The notes below the pieces were generated by a model. That model did not search any database and was not told where the DNA came from. It saw only the letters and a list, made by a program, of their open reading frames with translations. A program made the position numbers and the translations under genes. Below, piece after piece: positions 24,691-37,963 of a stretch of DNA of 64,000 nucleotides (position 1 is its first letter; each line of letters opens with the position of its first letter). Location: NCBI GenBank assembly GCA_024137785.1, contig JAHRHZ010000028.1, positions 562,753-626,752 on the forward strand, in the 5' to 3' direction. Origin of the DNA: Ginglymostoma cirratum. Its lineage: Eukaryota.

Positions 24691-25882
24691 GTGAGTGCAG
24701 GAACCCTTGTAAAACTCACTGACCAGCTAGACTGAAGATTTCACTTCAAACCAGCACACTATCAGGAGAAAACGTCCCAGTCTAAGCTTTGATTCTATAA
24801 TATGTGACGCAAGTGGAGAGCAGATGATGAATCTTAGAGTGAACTATTATTAAGATTTATTATTATTATTATGAAGAACCACTACAAGCGTTGTTAAATT
24901 TCCTTTATCTGCTAATAACAGGTATTGGGTGCCCCTTCACCTCCTATATACCTGAAGCAGAAGCAGATACCATTGTAATCCTCTTTTAGGCCCCTTCCCA
25001 TCACTTTCACACCCAATCTCTGCTGGCCACACTTACTTTCTCTTCTAATTTCTCCCCTGTCCTTTCCAATTTTCTCTCCAAACTGATCAATCCTAGATCA
25101 TTCTACACCTTCCTGCGCCAGCCCGCTAATGGTCCCCTGTGTCCTGATTGCTTTGCTTTTCTTTTCTGCTTGCCCAACTCTCTCCTGTTCAATTTTTCTG
25201 CATCCTGCCAATATCCCCCAGATCAACTCCACTCCTGGTCACATTCTATCTCGTCAATTTCACCCCCCAGTAACGTTGCTGACCCCCAACCTGCCGACAG
25301 CCTGCTCCCCCCAGTCACCTCACTCACCCAGTCACCTACAAACTCCACCTGTTCTCATATGCTCTCCTGTAATTAAGCATAAATGGAGTTAATGTTCGTG
25401 GAATATTACAATTCAGACTATTCTGCCCAAGTTAGTCACATTTTCCCACTGATTCCTTATAACCTTCGATTTTGTCGTCTTCTCCTTTTCAAGTCATATA
25501 TAAAGTTCTCTTTTAAAAGTATGAGGAATGATAAACTTGTGACACAGCAAATCAATGTGACAGACTATCGAAGATGCAATGTTAGCTCACAGGAGATGTT
25601 GTCTTCTTCTGAAGACAGCTAACATGCAATTTGCAGCTGTAAAAAGTTAATAGATAAAGGTTGCACCTTAATAACATCAGCTGTAAAAATGACCTCCTCC
25701 CTTATTCATTGTTAGAAGGTAATTCAAAATTCATGCAGATTGTCCGCCATCTGCACAGTGCCATGGAGATCAGTTCAAATGGGTTTTCTTCTCCCATTCA
25801 AATTTCCCACTTCCACTCTTGTAGCTATTAAGCCAAACAGGCAAATGCTGTAAAGCCAGATTGTGTGTACAAGCATATGCAT

Positions 25883-26470
25883 CATAGTCATACAGTCATA
25901 CAGCGCAGAAACAGACTCTTCGGTCCAACCAGTCCATGCTGAACATAACCCCAAACTAAACTAGTCCCGCCTGCCTGCTCCTGGTCCATTTCCCTCCAAA
26001 CCTTTCCTGTTCATATACTTATCCAAATGTCTTTAAATGTTGTAATTGTACCCACATTCACCGCTTCTTCAGGAAGTTCATTCCACAAGGGAACCTGCCT
26101 CTGTGTAAAAAAAAAGTTGCCCATCGTATCTTTTTTAAATCTCTCTCCTTAAAAATGTGCCCTCTAGTCTTGAAATCCCCCATCCTAGGGAAAAAGACAA
26201 TTGCCATTAACTCTGTCTATCCCCCTCATTATTTTATAAACTCCTTTAAAGTCACCTCTCCACCTGCTATGCTCCAGTGAAAAAAAGTCCCAGCCTATCC
26301 AAACTTTCTGTATGACTCAAACCTTCCATACCCCAGCAATACCCTGAAAAATTTCCTCTGTACTCTCTCTGGCTTAATAACACCCTTCCTATAACTGGGC
26401 AACCAGAACTGGACGCAGTATTCCAGAAGAAGCCTCACCAAAGTCCTGTAGAAACTCAACATGATCCTCC
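25883..26470 (-). mobile_element. CR1 LINE 3' fragment
   Basis: ORF 26295 RTLVRLLLEYCVQFWLPSYRK; tail repeat (tagtcatacagtcata) at the left end. Confidence 0.9.
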
Positions 26471-26804
26471 CCTGATGCATGTACATCCCAGTTTGATCAA
26501 CTGGGAGGTGACCACAAATAACAACTCCATGTGATTTAACACTTTTCTAACGCAGAGGCACTGAGGTTAATTATAAGACCCCTACAGTTAATTTGTGTGA
26601 GATCAGTAAACTCCACACAAATTGGGGCTCAGTCTATGATCTCTACAGTCCAAGTTCCCTTTGGACAATGAATAACATGCAAGAGATTGGCTGGTTTCTC
26701 CTTGGCATCACATGGCTTCAGTCCATTTCTGCTACTTTGTACAGTGGAAGTCAAACAAAAAGAATATGTATTAATAAACATTTCCTTCATTTCATGGTGA
26801 CTAG

Positions 26805-26934
26805 TGTTGGCCATAATGAGATCATTGGAGTGTGTCGCGTGGGCATCAATGCTGAAGGTCTGGGGAGGGACCACTGGAATGAGATGCTGGCATACCCACG
26901 GAAGCCAATTGCACACTGGCACCCCTTAGTAGAG
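26805..26934 (+). CDS. SYT6: Synaptotagmin-6 coding exon (end of C2B, WHxL motif), 130 bp
   Basis: ctAG acceptor; phase-2 join (CG+T=R) gives [43 protein letters not shown]; donor GAG|GTAAGA at 26935. Confidence 0.93.
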
Positions 26935-28379
26935 GTAAGAGAACTTCATATTGCATTGTAATTATTGTACAAAACATGTATCCCAATGATTCTGTATGCT
27001 TCAGATATATTGTCATTTTCCTTTGTACATAATCTTACAGTTGAATGCAAACAGGTTGTAACTAAAATACAGCAATAGAAATTAAAAATGTAGATGTTCT
27101 GTATGATTATATGCTGCGATCAAATGAGTCAAATGAGTGTTGCATCCAAAGGGGCTGATTTTGTGTGGGTTCCAAAGCAAAACCAGTACATTTTCAGAGT
27201 AAATGGATTAAATGTAATTGTTATTTTGACTCTTTGGGCAGGAATTTGCCAATTCCAAAAGGCAGTGGGTTATACAATGGGCAACATGTTTGCTCTGCTA
27301 GATGGTTACTCAGCAACTGAAGGTGAAAACTACCCTTGCTGATTTCCACAGCAGCTCTATCCCTCGATAAAGTCTGAACCCTTTCTGAGTTCCCACTTAT
27401 GGGAGTCTCTTTGGGTGCAATGTCCTCACCTCCAAACAGGTTACAACAGAAACCTAATGGTCTATGGGCTTTCCTTTTCTCAGTTAACATTCAAATTTTC
27501 ATCCCATCATAATTTTTCTCCATCTCTTGCTTTCAATCATATCATTGTTGTCAGTGCTGCACCATACTTTCCTCTCCTTTGTACTTCAGGGCACCCATTC
27601 TACATCCTATAGCTTATAATGTTTACACTCTGCCAGTCCATCATTTGTGACTTGCACCCCTTAATTCTTGAGCCTTCAAAACTTAGAACTTATCTCCAAA
27701 TCTCGTCTTTTCAGTGCAACGTCATCCAATTTCATTCTCTCTTCTTTTATTTCCAACTTTGTTTGTTTTATACTGTCCAAATCTGGATCCTTTACTCAAA
27801 TTCCTCAGAAAATGTTGTTCCGAAAAGTAAACGGTGAAAGGTTGAACAACTTGTTCTGCTCCGAAACATGAGCTAACTTGTAAAGAGAGGTATGCTGCAT
27901 AAAAGCGGAAGGTTATAGAAAATCTTTATAAGCCGCTTGTCTGGCCTCAGCTGAAGTACTGTTCAGTTCTGGATACTGCATTTCACAGAATCATTGATTA
28001 TGACAGTGTAGAAGGTCTACTAGCGCATTGTGCCTGTACTGGCTCTAATAACTAGTGCCAATCTCCTGCCATTTCCCCATATTCCTGTACACTATTTCTA
28101 TCCAAATAACCATTCAATTAAACTCTTGAATGCACCACATTTCCAGGCAGACCATTTTATGCACCAACTACTCACTGTGTGAAAATGTTTTCTCTCGCAG
28201 CACCTTTGCTTTATTTTCACAATGCTTTAAATCTATTCCCTCTCCTCCTTGTTTCTTCCACAACCTGGGTAAGTTTCTCCCTATCTGCTCTATCCAGCTT
28301 GCTCATGATTTTTGAAAACCTCAGTCAGATCTCCTACTCCAGAGAGAACACTCCCAGCTTCATCAATCTACATTTAATG

Positions 28380-29160
28380 CAAAGGCTTTAGAGAGGGTGC
28401 AAAGAAAATTTAATTGTTAAGCATCATTCACAGGGATGGTGGTCTTGAGTTACGTCGATCGATTGGAATGACTGGGTTTCTTCTCCATAGAGAAGAAAAG
28501 GTTGAAATGACATTTGATGGAGATGATCAAAATCATTTCGGGTCAAGAGTAGAGAGGGAAGTGCTGCTGTCATTAGTGGAATAGTCAAGGGTTGAGAGAC
28601 AATGGCCCAGTGGTATTGTTACCAGACTGTTAATTCAAAAACTCAGCTAATGTTCATGGGGACCTGGGTTCAAATCCTGCCATGGAAAATTGTGGAATTT
28701 GAACTCAAAAATTAATCTGGAATTAAGGGTTTAATGATGACCATGAAACGATTGTTGATTGCCAGGAAAATCCTTCCTTTAGGGAAGGAAATCTACCATC
28801 TTCACCTGGTATGGCCCACATGTAACTCCAGACCACCGCAATGTGGTTGACTCTTAACTGCCATCTGGGCAATTAAGAATGGACAATAAATACTGGCCTA
28901 GGCAGGCACAACCTCATTCCACATGTGAAGAGAATAAAAGCCAGGAGACATCGATCCTAGGTGGGTAGCTCGGGAAGCAACGCGAGGGAAAGTGTTTCTT
29001 TAATGCTCAAGTGGTTCGGATTGGGAATGCACTGCCTGAGAATGTGGTTAAGGCAATTTCAATTGAGGGTCTCATCAAAGATTGAATCAGCAGCCAAAGA
29101 GAAAATATTGCTGTGGATATGTGGAGAGTGGGTATTTGGCACTAGGGATTAGTTGTGTCC
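28380..29160 (+). mobile_element. Old CR1 3' fragment interrupted by a SINE
   Basis: aaggctttagagagggtgcaaagaaaattt…ttctccatagagaagaaaagg, resuming at gggaatgcactgcctgagaatgtggt. Confidence 0.6.
28595..28935 (+). mobile_element. tRNA-derived shark SINE
   Basis: A-box-like tggcccagtgg, B-box gggttcaaatcc, body gggaaggaaatctaccatc…actccagacc, tail gggcaattaagaatggacaataaatactggcc. Decayed copies near 4150-4330 and 59150-59440. Confidence 0.7.
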
Positions 29161-30519
29161 CCTTGGAAGTGAGCTGTCATGGATATGAGAGTTGTGTCAT
29201 TCCATGATTTTATGGTATGTTATGAAGGGAGTGACTGGGATATGAATGGATATTAACTCCAGTCGCCAGCCTGATCCACATCTGATATTAGATTGTGGCG
29301 GCAGAGTTTCATTTGCCTGTGAAGTCCCAGTCAATTCCCTGGATTCCATTTCTGGTTGGACTAATGTGGGTAACAGGAAATGAGAGGACAAAGCTAGCAA
29401 TGTGAGTGTCTTCCAAGGTGCAAAAATTCAAAACACATAAGCTAACATACAGATTGCATCAAGGATCTCTTATGGTATATGGCAGTGTCCCTATCTCTAG
29501 ACCAAAAGGTCTGATTCAAGTCTGAACTGGCCATGAAGATATGTCATAGCATGTCTGAATAGGCCGATTAAAATTGATTTTACTTTGCGTCTGAGTAAAT
29601 ATGAATTAGCATCAGGATTTTAAACATGTCAAGGAATGCACAATATATCCATTACTTGAATTAAGTGTCCACTTCTTCCTTTTCCGAATAAAATTCTTAA
29701 AACCCTGTAAATAATCCAGTCTAGAACTAGAGGAAATTGGAGCAAGCTTAAGTGTAATGGATTTAAGATAGACAGCAGAAGAAAGTTGTTTAACACAACA
29801 GGTTATGAGGTTTTGGAGTATATGTCTTAAACTAGTGATTGGGACAAAATTCAGGTCCACATTTCAGAGCAGGTTTGAGACACCATTGAAATAGGTGAGA
29901 AATTAAAGAGATTTGGAAACAGGTGAGCACATGGAATGAGTACTATTAGTCAGGTTACTGATGAGCAGCAATGCTTAGTGGTTAGATGTGTGATAATTTC
30001 TAAGTAAATTGTAACACCAGTGCTTTTGTGCCATTGTTCATTGTATTTCTTTATACTTATGTTTGATTTTCTCTGTATCAAATTTTATTTCCAAAATGTT
30101 TATGGCATAGTTCTATTTATAATATTTTCTTTTCTCTTATGGGTAACCCCAAAACTATGAGTAATGAATCATAAGACCATATTGAACTCGATCCTGTTAA
30201 TCTGAGAATAATCTTTGAAAAGTACACTTGATGTGACTTGATGAGAAATTTCTTTGTATGGTCTTCCAACTAATTACTTTAATGAGATGAAACAAACACT
30301 TAATTAAACAGTAAACGTTTCAGACTTGAGTTCATCACTGAGTGACATGACTGTCTATGAGGTTCAATAATACCTAAAAACCTTGTTTAAACCAAAGAAA
30401 TGAAAATTACTTCAGACGATGATGTGTCAAGTGAATCCATCATGCATTACTGTCTTTAATTTGGTTCTGTCTCTCAATGCCTAACGCAGAAAATGTTTTG
30501 CCTTTTCCCCGCCTTTTAG

Positions 30520-30616
30520 CGTTTAGTAAAGTTAGCCACATTTACTCTTCAAAACTTTTTCGCTTCCTTGGGTATCTTTAAAAAAGATCACTAAGAAAGT
30601 GAAAGGTGTGGGAGAG
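30520..30616 (+). CDS. Candidate alternative SYT6 cassette exon giving C-terminus RLVKLATFTLQNFFASLGIFKKDH* (stop 30592-30594)
   Basis: Branch-like CCTAAC at 30480, ttttgccttttccccgccttttAG acceptor, phase-0 frame open for 24 codons, donor GAG|GTAAAT at 30617. No expression evidence. Confidence 0.35.
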
Positions 30617-30844
30617 GTAAATGTAACACTTTTACAAACAAAAATCTCCATTCCAGGCTAAAACACCCAGGTTCCTCCTGTTTCTCCTTATAACTCAGTC
30701 CTGCTACACCAGGTTTCAGGTGTGTGGCTCTTGACTGAACTATCTCCTTCTTGGATGTCTCCTTCCAGTTTCAGTTCCCTAAACTGGACACAATCGCCAA
30801 GGTTGCCTGGGATTATCAGCTTCAGTTGAATATAGTCACAATAA

Positions 30845-31570
30845 TATAGGAACATAGGAACTGGATAGACTATTTATTCTACAAGTATGGCTGATTTCTG
30901 ATCTAACACCATATACGCATTGTTAATTATGTCCCTTAATACCTTTAGATAACAAAAATCTCTTAATCTCAGATTTTAAATTTACCACTGATTTAGTTTT
31001 GAGCACTGATTAGGCATGAGGAGTTCCAAACTTGCACCACCCTTTCTGTGTGGTATTTTTTACCTAATGTCATTCCTAAGGGAAATGGCTCTAGGTTTTT
31101 AGTTTATGACCCCCAGCTGTAAACTCCCCAACCAACAGAAATTAGGTTGCTGTTTGTACTGTGTCCATTCCCGTTACTGTTTTGAAAACTCCAATAAAAT
31201 CATCTCTTAACACTCATTCAAGGGAATTTGGATTGTATGGTCTCCCCTCATTGCTTAATCCTTGGATCCCAGGTTTCAAGCCTACTCAGCACTCCCTCGA
31301 AGACCAATAGATACTTGCTAAGTTATGTTACCCAGGCCTGATCTCAATGCCCCAGGTGTGGTCTATCCAGGGCTTTGCATCACTGAAACATAATTCTACC
31401 CTGCTGAATTACAGTCCACTTGGTACAAAGGTCAATCATACATTAATCCTTCTGACTTTCTTTTAATGCCTTGCCTCTCATTAGCCTCTACTGCTTCCAG
31501 TTTTCAACATTTACAAAGTAATTGGAAATTGTTCCAAAAGGGTAGTCTCCCACTTGGCTACACCAAAATC
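30845..31570 (-). mobile_element. Old CR1 3' fragment
   Basis: Tail ataggaacataggaac at the left; ccaggtgtggtctatccagggctttg is the minus-strand ALDRPHL motif. Confidence 0.6.
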
Positions 31571-32308
31571 AATCTGTCACAATGATTCCTCTAAGTATCA
31601 ATCTATTTGTTCATAGATTAATCATTGATTATCTCGTTGTAATGTTACACGTCTATTTACAAAGCTGTTTATATTGATGGCATCATCAGACCCAGGCATG
31701 TGGCTTTAAATCCCATCACCTAGATCTTTATTAAGTAGAGTGGGTATTGAGACACCAAAGCAGATCTTTGTTTGTCAGCATAATTCACATTACTGTTACC
31801 CTCTGTAATCTGCTCAACTAATCGCCCAAACCTAAAGTAATTTATCTTAAATTTCCTGACCTTCAAAGTTAGCCAAAATGATTTCCTGATGGAATTTATC
31901 AATGCTTTTTTGGAAGTCTAAATCAGCGGGCATGCAATGTCATTCTCTGATTTTCTTTAGCCATCTCTTCAAAGCATTCAGTTGGATTCATCAGTCCTGG
32001 TCTACACTTGATGAATTCATGCTAGTTCCATCTGACCAGCTGCGAATAGTTATGATGTCCAGTCATTCCTTCCTTGGTTGTCGATTCTAGTTATTTGCCA
32101 ACAACCATTGTGGATTATTATGTCCATTTTTTTAATTGGCTTTCCTCTCTCGTTCTTCCAATTTTTCAAAATAAAACAATGGCTCCTTAATCAAAAGATG
32201 CTGTAACGCTTCCAGCTGCTTTCTTCAAGATCCAGGATGAAAACCATAAGGTCATGGGGATTTGGCCTTTTTTGGTGCTATTATTTTCTTTTACCTTTAA
32301 TTTTGTTT

Positions 32309-32475
32309 GCATTACGGTGGCTCAGCAGCTAGCGCTGCTGTCTCACAGCACCAGGGACATGGGCTCGATTCCACCCTTGGGCAACTCTCTATGTGGAATT
32401 TGCACATTCTCCCCATGTCTGCATGGGTTTCCTCCCACAGTCTGAAGATGTGCAGATTAGGTGGATTTCCCATGC
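32309..32475 (+). mobile_element. V-SINE (HE1-like), truncated
   Basis: cggtggctcagcagctagcgctgctgtctcacagcaccagggac…gtggaatttgcacattctccccatgtctgc. Confidence 0.8.
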
Positions 32476-32782
32476 AGTTTCTTTACCACAGATCATTTTA
32501 GAATTGTCACATCCCTCAGGGGTGACTCAACCTCTATCCTTCATGTTGTATCAGATACAATTACCAATTTGTTTTCACAAAATCATTATCTGCAGTACAC
32601 CAGTGCCCCTGACTCCATTGCTGTCATCAGGTCACTCCACAAATTCTCCAAAACATGACCATAGTGATTAGTACTTGAAGGTGCTTCCACCAGTGTAAAT
32701 GTTTCCTGATTGGCAGAAAACAACATTTGAAGTCTTAGGCACATTTTCACTAGCAAGGCAGGATGCTGTTGGGAGTTAGGAA

Positions 32783-32908
32783 ACCATAAGCCCATAAGAC
32801 GTAGGAGTGGAAGTAAGGCCATTTGGCCCATCAAGTCCACTCCGCCATTTAATCATGGCTGATGGGCATTTCAACTCCCCTTACCCGCACTCTCCCCGTA
32901 GCCCTTGG
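32783..32908 (-). mobile_element. CR1 extreme 3' end
   Basis: ccataagcccataagacgtaggagtggaagtaaggccatttggccc; similar ends at 54520-54820 and 56089-56150. Confidence 0.65.
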
Positions 32909-33794
32909 GCAACAAGGCAGACACTTTCCTAACTAAATAGCCCTGGAATGCACAATTTTTACTGCAGGAATTGGGGTGGGAGGGAATTGAGTTGGATCCA
33001 GACACCATTCCAAGGTTGCCATGGAGGCGGATTAATGCTGAGGGAAACTGCTTAAAAGGCCAGCTCAGTTTTCTGGGAATTTTGTCAGAGTTATACTAAA
33101 GTTTGTTAGGCCCTTCACCTCCACCCCCCCACAACCCCTTCTTTCACTTACCCATCTCTCCTGCCCTGCTCCAGGCCCAATCCCCCAGCATGTACTATCA
33201 ACAGTACCAATTAGCCACATAAAATGGTAAGTCTTGAAATGCTTATGACAAAACTACTCCCATTTTTAAATAACTTTTACAAACTTATAAAAGTATCAAT
33301 CAGGCACTGTCACTCAAAGTTTTAGTCGTAGAATCTTTATCCCACATCATACCTCTTAATAAACATATCAAAACAAACATATCACTATTGGAGTGCAGCT
33401 ATGTATTTGTTAGGAGGCCACCTGGAGAATCTGATGTCTGGTCATCAGTTTCTATTGATGCAGTTCCAGGTTGTCCCATTATGAATGCTTGGCTGAGTTC
33501 CAACATTCACAAATTGATTAGCTCAGCATAAGCTTGTGTAGGCAGACTGAAGTGGTGTTATGTTTGATTTACATCATTGTATGGTTTTAAAGGAGCTATT
33601 CTATCTATGATTTGCTTTTCAATGTTTGTTTTATTTTGAGTACGAGATATAAAGCCGTGTAAAGCTTCTGATTTTGAAAGTGCGAGTAGCAGTGTCTGAT
33701 CAACACTTTTGTGAGATTGTCGGACCAACTGTTAGCTTTTTAAAAAGATTTCAAAATTTTATGGCTCATTTATAGGCCCAGTGTTCATCTCAGA

Positions 33795-34772
33795 GAGTCA
33801 TAGACGAATAAAGCACGGAGACAGACCTTTCAGTCCAGCCATTCTGACCTTTATCCCAAACAAAACTAGTCCTACCTGCCTGAGCTTAGCCCGTATCCCA
33901 TTTCTTATTCACTTACTTATCCAAATGTCTTTAAATGTTGTAATTGTACCCACATTCACCACTTCCTCTGAAAGTTAATTCAACACACAAACTACTCTCT
34001 GAGCAAAAACGTTGCCCCTCATGTCTTTTTTAAATCTTTCTCCTCTCACCTTAATATGCCCCCTAGTCTTGAAATCCCGCAGCCTAGGGAAAAGACCATT
34101 CACCTTATCTATACCCCTCATGATTTTATAAACCTCAAGAAGGGGCCTCAACCTCCTACACTCTAGTGAAAAAAGTCCCTGCCCATCCAGCCTGTTATTA
34201 TAATTCATACCCTCTATTCATGGCAACATCATGGCAAATATTTGCTGAACCCTCTCCAGCTTAATAATATCCTTCCTATAGCAGGGCAACCAGAACTGGG
34301 CACAGTACTCCAGAAGGAGCCTCACTAGTGTCCAGCACAAATTCAACATGACATCCTAACTCGTATGCTCAAAGGTCTGAGCAATGAAGGCAAGTATGCT
34401 AAAAGCTACTTAACAACCCTGTCTTCATGTGACACAAATTTCAAAGAATTATAGACCTGAAGCCCTAGGTCTCTCTGTTCTACAACAGCAGCCAAGGCCC
34501 TGCTTTTAATTGTATAAGTCCTGTCCTTGTTTGTTTTACCAAAATGCAATACCTCACATTTATCCAAATTAAACTCCATTCCCAACCCCTCAGCCTATTG
34601 AACCAATTGATCAAGATTTCTTTGCACTCCCAGATAACCCCCTTCACTGTCCACTACACCAATAATTTTGGTGTGATGTGTTAATTTACTAACCATGCCT
34701 TCTATATTCACATCTAAATCATTCATGTAAATGACAAACAAAAGTGGACCCAGCACCGAACCCTGTGTCACC
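33795..34772 (-). mobile_element. CR1 LINE fragment (RT to 3' end)
   Basis: ORFs [18 protein letters not shown] and EVYKIMRGIDKV…NVFAQRVV. Confidence 0.92.
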
Positions 34773-37700
34773 ATCTGTGAGCCAGGAGAGCTGACCAACC
34801 TACTTCAGAGGTGTGTAATGACATCTTTGAATGGGCTGTTTCAGAAATACCTACGGTTTTGTACGTGGTGCTTTATTTCATCATCGGACATGGAATGAAC
34901 ATGTGAGCCATGGAAGATGTATGGAAAAGGCATGGAGGTAGAATGAAGGTATGGTGCTGCCTGGGGATGTGATAGTACATGGGTAAGAGCTTTTAAATTG
35001 CCTTTCAAAAAGATCTGAAATCCAGACAATGGTTCACATCTCTTCTGTGGGTTTGTGAGCCATAAGGCTTAGCGAAACTGGCCTATCTCCACATCATTTA
35101 AGGGAACGGGTGTGCAGTATGGTTTGCTATGGCACGGAATGAGGGCAGCAATCTCAGTATCAGGTCCCATCCACCATTTTTATTGGCCTCCAGAATCAAT
35201 GCGATTCCACAAATATCATCATCTTTCATGCCATCTCCATGTGTTCAGCCATAATTTCTTCTGTACACTCCTCTGAGACTCATCAATCACTCTCCTCACT
35301 ATGTGGTTGCCTTTGTGCTGGAGAGATGAGGGTGATTAATCGTTTAGAGCAATTTTAGTTAATAGGAAGTCTGCAATAGGGAAACAAGGTGTTTTTGCTG
35401 ATCAACCTCTTACTCATTGCTGTTGACACCTGGGAGGGTAATAAGATTTGACAAGCCACACATTGGATCTCTTAACCACAAGAGAAACAGTCAAAATCAT
35501 TAGCTGTTGTTGTTTTCACATCTTTATGCTCTACGCTTAGTGTGGAGGTGATGGAGGTTTCCTGAGGCTGATTAATAATCTGTCAGGCCGCGATGCAAGC
35601 AGAGTTTTTGTGCTTGTAATCCACATTTACATCAAGTAATAGTCCTACTGAACGGGAAAGTCCACCACCCACATCAGAACCACAATTCCCACTCGATGTC
35701 ATCCCAGAAGCTGGAGTCAGAGTTCTGGTCTCTGCTTCTCAGTACTAGAACCCTACACTTTCAGCCTCAGAAACTGGCTCATCACCTTTTAACACTTCCA
35801 CTCATTCCCGGGCTCCCTCCAAGGTGGTTAATGATGACAAAGTGACATGTATCCTGCTGGAGCTACAGAGGATTGAGATGATGAATTAGGTTAAACCAAC
35901 CCGCATCTGCTGCCAACCTCACATCTCCCCATATCCCACTGCTCCCACGTGAAGTGGGAAGTCAAAGATTGAGGGTGACAATTTATTGCTGTTCTTTGAA
36001 AAGTATTCTGGGTCCTTTTCTTCTTAAAGGTTACGGTGGATAATGTGAAGCCCCTTTATCACATGGAATGTAAGTCAGATGCTAGAGGTTGAGGGATGAT
36101 GACGAGTGCAGGGAATGAAGAACTACATATCCTGAGGCTTTTAATGCTTCCACTTTGTCTTAGGCTGTGGGTGAAGGCACACTTGCGGGGGAAGGAAGCG
36201 GTTGTGAAGGGTATAGTGGTACCTCCTCCACATTACTGGTAAGTGGTAGGTGGTGTTCAGTACTGTGAGGGCGAGAGGGTGGGAGAAGGAAAAGCCTGTT
36301 GGTGAGAATGCAATGTTTTACTGTCCTTTTGTATCTTTGTTGTCTTGGGGTCATGGCACAGTATTATAACTAAAGGATTTAAGTGGATGGCACTGACCAT
36401 TAGGACATTCACTTCCTTCTGTGCCTGGCGTCCTTCCCTCTGCTCCAAATATTTTCTCAGGTATTTCTGCACAATGTTGTAAAAACTTGTTCGATATGTA
36501 AATAACTTACTCCCAAATGTTTTAATTTCTGGCCTATTCCCTTAAGTGATTGTAGCCAGTTAAATGCTGTGCAGATGCTAAATGTCCTGACTCGTTGGAG
36601 CTGATCTCTGAATATATGGTGCAAACAATGGTGAGGAGCTGCTGCTCTCACTCCAATGAGCTTGGCACCAGAGATAAGGCCAGTTGATGCCAATGTCTGA
36701 AAGTCCTACTTCAAACACTGCTGTCAGGAAACAAAGTAAACTAGAGAACCCAGGCCGACATTCATTTGCATTCCTCTTATACAGTGCCAGGCCACTGTAC
36801 AGACAGCGTCCCCATTTTTTTAAAAACAAATGCAAACTTGTACCTGTGATTGGTTATTGCCATCTTTGTGCTCTGGAATGTAACATTTTGGGACTTTTCT
36901 TTGTTCCCCCAGTCACATCCAGCCACTGTGTGAGGGTTAAAAGGGGGGGACATGTTTTCATTGATTACTTGGCTGTGGTTCTTGGTGAGAGAGTGTTTCT
37001 CAATATATAAATATATGATAAATATGCCAAAAATTAAATCAATATTTGTCCATTATTGTTGTGAAACATGTTGTCTCGTCTTTCAACGTTTCACATCGTT
37101 TTTGTATTCTTACAAATGTCTGTCCTTGGATAAGTGATAAATATCCTTTAGTAAAATATTGGAAACAATGATACAATAGTCTTCAGCTCCCTCCACAACT
37201 TGTAATCCTTCGCCATTGATTCTGTCTCCCAGTGTGGTGACATTTGACCAGACTGTTTGTATCCTCAGAATCCTGTCCAATCCTGAGCTGCATTTCTAAC
37301 CCTATATCTTCGCCATCACAAAGACAAAGGTACCTCCTTTTCCTTCATGCCATAACCCATCTAAAGTAGCACCCTCAAAATTATCATCATCATTTACACT
37401 CACTTGCTACACTGCTGTCCTTGCCAATGACCAGGCCCAATTCCAAAAGGCTCAAGTTATAGCCAGACTCTGCAGCCCCTTGTCAAACTTGTACCAAATA
37501 CTGCCTTCCCATCACCTCATCATCTTCGGGAAGGAGCACTCTGGGCCCTTCAGTACCTCAAAATTAAGATTCTTGTCCTTGTCTTTCAGCCTTCCTAGGC
37601 TTCAGGCCCATTGTTTCATGATTTCTTCAAATCCTGCATCTATCATCTCTGGAGTCTCCACTGATCTGATTTCACCTTATAAACCTTCTTCTCTTGTAGG

Positions 37701-37891
37701 CCTCACTTTCTGTCACTGCCTCTCAAAATATTGCCACCTTACTCTCCTGGAGTCAACCCCTCCTAATATCTCCATTTTCCATAGCCCTTATTGATACCTT
37801 GAGACTTTTTTTGTGTTAAAGCCATTGAAGAAATAAAAACTGGTGTTCAATGAGACAGTAACCCAAAGATTTTCTCCCTTCTTCTTTTTAG

Positions 37892-37963
37892 TGGCAAGGA
37901 CGCGCAGCCAGCTTTGACAGCCAAGGATCCTGTCCATCTCCTAAACCTCCAGCAACACCATGA
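37892..37963 (+). CDS. SYT6: Synaptotagmin-6 terminal coding exon; 3' UTR follows
   Basis: Strong acceptor tttctcccttcttctttttAG; phase 0 reads WQGRAASFDSQGSCPSPKPPATP-TGA, the recalled SYT6/SYT10-type tail. Too short for the ORF track. Confidence 0.9.
   Translation, partial: WQGRAASFDSQGSCPSPKPPATP

Noticed and set aside
9112-37963. Assignment as SYT10, SYT9 or SYT3
   Set aside because: Residues [36 protein letters not shown] and WQGRAA fit recalled SYT6 better.
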